A stretch of 63,502 bases of DNA, filler included, from Folioceros fuciformis (Eukaryota): assembly GCA_049999805.1 (NCBI GenBank). It is 18 parts of 18 records of this genome, joined end to end, with 100 filler letters (N's around TTAATTAATTAA, not from the genome) between each part and the next. Parts side by side here need not be neighbours in the genome. Positions count along the whole stretch, not along the records: positions 56,324 to 60,965 come from JBNGIO010002842.1; positions 61,066 to 63,502 come from JBNGIO010002845.1; 16 more parts are not named here. The stretch is one strand, 5' to 3'. The first letter of the stretch is position 1. Each line of letters opens with the position of its first letter. The position numbers and the translations under genes were made by a program. Of the stretch, positions 60,246 through 63,502 are shown piece by piece. Under the pieces are notes generated by a model. It was given only the letters and a program-made list of their open reading frames with translations. It had not been told where the DNA came from and made no database searches.

Positions 60246-60965
60246 AATTAATAAGATGTGGCCTCATAAGGTATGCAAGCTTCTCAAAACAATTTATGGA
60301 CTAAAAAAATCACCTAAAGCTTGGTATAAACGCATAATGAAGTTTTTGTGCAAGTCCGGCTTTGTTCAATCCCTGTCTTATTCGACTGTCTTTTATTTGG
60401 CTTAGGCTAGTTTTTTTGTAGTGCTTGTCATTTATGTTGATGATGCTATTCTCCTTAGTAATAGCACCTCACAACTCAACAAGATCAAGGATGTGCTCAG
60501 GTTAGAATTCGAAATGACGGATCAAGGACCTCTACAATATTGCTTGGGAATTCAGATTCTAAGGGATAGATCTCAAGGCACTATTATCCTCCATCAAACT
60601 AAATATCTGAAGGAGATTTTGAAGAGGTTCAACTTACATGAAGCTCATCTTGTGGCCACGCCTTCTGCAGTGGGGAAAAACTCACACTTGAATAGTCCCC
60701 TCAAATTGCTAAAGAGGAGTTAGATATGCTCGAAGTGCCTTATGCAGAAGCCGTGGGCTGCCTTATTTTTCTTGCAAATTGGACGAGGCCCGACTTCAGC
60801 TATTTTGTGAGTATGGTCTCCCAATTTTTAAAGAACCCTAGTAGATCCCGCTGGGCAGCTGTTAAACATGTCTGTCGCTTCTTGCTTGGTACCTTGCATT
60901 ATGGACTTTACTATACCAGCAGTGGCAGTAGAGAATTTTTTCTTACTTCATTTGTCGACGTAGAC
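60246..60965 (+). mobile_element. Degenerate Ty1/copia RT fragment
   Basis: PHKVCKLLKTIYGLKKSP, IYVDD, EFEMTDQG, PYAEAVGCL, TRPD. Confidence 0.95.
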
Positions 60966-61065
60966 NNNNNNNNNNNNNNNNNNNNNNNNNNNNNNNNNNN
61001 NNNNNNNNNTTAATTAATTAANNNNNNNNNNNNNNNNNNNNNNNNNNNNNNNNNNNNNNNNNNNN

Positions 61066-61400
61066 AATAGCAAGCAATACCCCCGAAAGCCTTGGGAGAG
61101 TTACTGGAGACACGATGTTTAAAGGTAGAAAAACATGAATATCCGGAGAACGGCCTATGGGGGCGGGTATGATGCTTATGAGTCTCTAATAGAAACACAA
61201 TATCCCGGCAATCCTGGCCCGTGAGGAGATCAAGCATTCCGCCAGGGTGTAGATTGATATATCCGTTGCAATTCCAAGAAGCCAGGCGGAGGATGCCGTC
61301 ACGGGCCCGCATCCCTACGGGACATGCGCGGTAGACTTGGGTTCCCGTATAACCAGTTCGTCATCAATGAAATAAGCCACCATACCCTATGATTTTGCCT
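61066..61400 (-). mobile_element. Second LINE: ORF1 end (...FIDDELVIREPKSTAHVP*) and start of ORF2 APE endonuclease (ATG 61312)
   Basis: LRLASWNCNG, DIVFLLETH, GGIACY. Confidence 0.85.
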
Positions 61401-61599
61401 TCTTAGTAAAAACTACGGATAAGCCACCATAAGAAGGCAATAAGCCACCATACCCTCTGATTTTGCCTTCGTTTGCACTCGACTACAAAACCTAGGGCAC
61501 AGACCACCGCACTCGACTGCGAAACCCGTGCAGCACGGGCACTGCAAGAAAACCCAACCTCCACCCTAAACCTCGCTCCTACGAAGCAGCCGTTCTGTT

Positions 61600-61965
61600 G
61601 CGCGCACCACCGCACCGCTCACAGCTCGCTGCAAACCATCGCACACACCATCGCACCGCTCACAGCTCGCTGCAAACCATCGCACACACCATCGCACCGC
61701 TCACAGCTGACAACTCGTCGGAAACCGTCGTGCGCACCACCGCACCGCTTATAGTTGACAGCTCACCGGAAACCATCGCGCGCACCACCGCACCGCTCAC
61801 AGCTGACAACTCGCCACAAACTGTCGCGTGCACCACCGCATTGCTCATAGCTGACAGCTCGCCGCAAACTGTCGCGCGCACCATTGCACCGCTCACAGTT
61901 GGCAGCTTGCCACAAACTGTGACGCGCACCACCGCACCGCTCACGATTGAGCACTCACGGCACGC
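61600..61965. repeat. Degenerate 42-48-bp GC-rich tandem repeat
   Basis: caccaccgcaccgctcacagctgacaactcg... about 8 copies. Confidence 0.9.
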
Positions 61966-62152
61966 CGAACCGCCGCACACCGCTCATGCTCAACGCGCTA
62001 AATGTCTATTTGGTTTGGCTATAGCCAAACCAAATAGACATTAAAGAAAATTGTTAGAGGGTTAGCTGTAACTCAGCACTCCTTGGCTGGCTAAGGGATT
62101 TGGGATAAAACAATTCCAAGAGCATGATCAATATGAAGCTGAAGCTGGTAAG

Positions 62153-62475
62153 CTAGCCATCCTCTAGAGAAGACTGGAGAAATGATTGGAACTGGTGTCA
62201 AGTGTTCAGACTTGACAAGTTATAATGAGCCGTTGTCCACGCTAGCTCCACAACCACATTGTGTCTAGTTCAAGGAATAACATTGCAAGAATCAAGCTAT
62301 CAGCTGAATGTACTAGCCATCCTCTAGAGAAGACTGGAGAAATGATCGGGGAACCGGTGTCAAGTGTTCAGACTTGGCAAGTTATAATGAGCCGTTGTCC
62401 ACGCTAGCTCCACAACCACATTGTGTCTAGTTCAAGGAATAACATTGCAAGAATCAAGCTACTAGCTGAATGTAC
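62153..62475. repeat. ~161-bp tandem duplication
   Basis: ctagccatcctctagagaagactggagaaatgat at 62153 and 62314. Confidence 0.9.
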
Positions 62476-62960
62476 TTCCGAGGTTTTAGCTAGGAATTAT
62501 TGTGAAGCCGTAGGACAGGTTCAGGTCTCTAAGACTTTAGGGGAGAGAAGGAGATGTGATGAGGATGAAGAAGGTGCGCTTAGCCTAGCCTGCAACCACT
62601 AGGTTGAGGGAAAGTCTTTTCCCTTCTTTTGTGTCAACTTTGTTCACTACCCAATTATTGAAGATATCTCTACGTGCAACGGAACACCTCGTGAGTTGAG
62701 GATGAAGGGCTTGGCCACCAGTGGGTGCTGGAACAACATTGGAGCAACCTGCAAGAGGCAATGGATGTATTTGAAGCAATTGCTAAACCCACATGTCTTC
62801 ACCTCGTTCGATGTGAAGCTAGGTGGACGAGCTTGTTCAAGGGGATTGGAGTTGAGTTCTTGGCAGTAGGTGCATGCTAATGTGTTGTCTAGTGGGACGG
62901 AGCCTAGTTTATGCATTTCTAGCTTCTTGGTCGACATGTATGGAAGGTGCAGTAGCTTGA

Positions 62961-63502
62961 TGTGGAGTAATTCCTTGCACCCAAGAACCACCAAGGGCCA
63001 CACTTTCCCGGCCACACTTTCCCTTATTATCGTTGCAGTCCTATGAGTCGCTCCCAAGGGAGTGAACTAGTATCAAGGATTCTACTATGGCCTGCTCTCA
63101 CGACTACCTATCAGCCGGCCTGACCGCACTCCAGCAAAAAGGTCAGATCCCTATTCTATCTTCAGCTCAACCCACAAACCTCACGCTCCAACACTTCAAT
63201 CCTTCAACCCTTCATGATCCCCACTTCAGTCCATCACTTCTTCACTTCAGCCATTCCCTTTTCACTTCAACTCACACTTCACTTCAGCCATTCCCTTTTC
63301 ACTTCAGCTCACACTCCTGCACTCCGGCAGTTCCTTTTTCACTTCAACTCACACTCCTGCACTCCTGCAGTTCCCTTTTCACTTCAGCTCACACTCCTGC
63401 ACTCCGGCAGTTCTGCAGTTCCCTTTTCACTTCAGCTCACACTCCTGCACTCCGGCAGTACCCTTTTCACTTCAGCTCACACTCCTGCACTCCGGCAGCT
63501 CA
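62961..63502. mobile_element. LTR terminus (TGTGGAGT...) of the same family as 1-3331, with subterminal pyrimidine-rich ~38-bp repeats
   Basis: Reverse-complement match to 3060-3331; expanded cttttcacttcagctcacactcctgcac array from ~63230. Confidence 0.8.

Noticed and set aside
62647-63057. 136-aa minus-strand ORF as a gene
   Set aside because: It spans the LTR junction at 62961 and so is chimeric; the remainder has no recognisable motifs

Overview
Nuclear DNA of a land plant, probably a non-seed plant (inferred from gene content; species not identifiable). The window is not contiguous: it is 18 short contigs joined by 17 identical 100-nt linkers (N44-TTAATTAATTAA-N44), so neighbourhood across linkers means nothing. 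Most of it is retrotransposon debris: at least 7 Ty1/copia fragments, a gag-only Ty3/gypsy-like element, two APE-type LINEs, an RLE-type (CRE-like) non-LTR fragment, and many tandem repeats. Host genes: the 3' part of a SEUSS/SLK corepressor (minus), an intronless CYP710 sterol C-22 desaturase (minus), a complete 12-exon ~1093-aa Ig-like/multi-TM membrane protein with one GC-AG intron (plus), a partial DUF26/Gnk2 protein (minus), and an orphan ~276-aa gene. Most interesting observations: (1) copia elements carrying an extra coiled-coil ORF between the PBS and gag; (2) a miR319-like target site and a W->stop change in the SEUSS-like gene; (3) an LTR apparently collapsed to a 13-bp palindrome; (4) a CRE-like RLE fragment next to a 26-bp array; (5) a recurring CHG-deamination signature.
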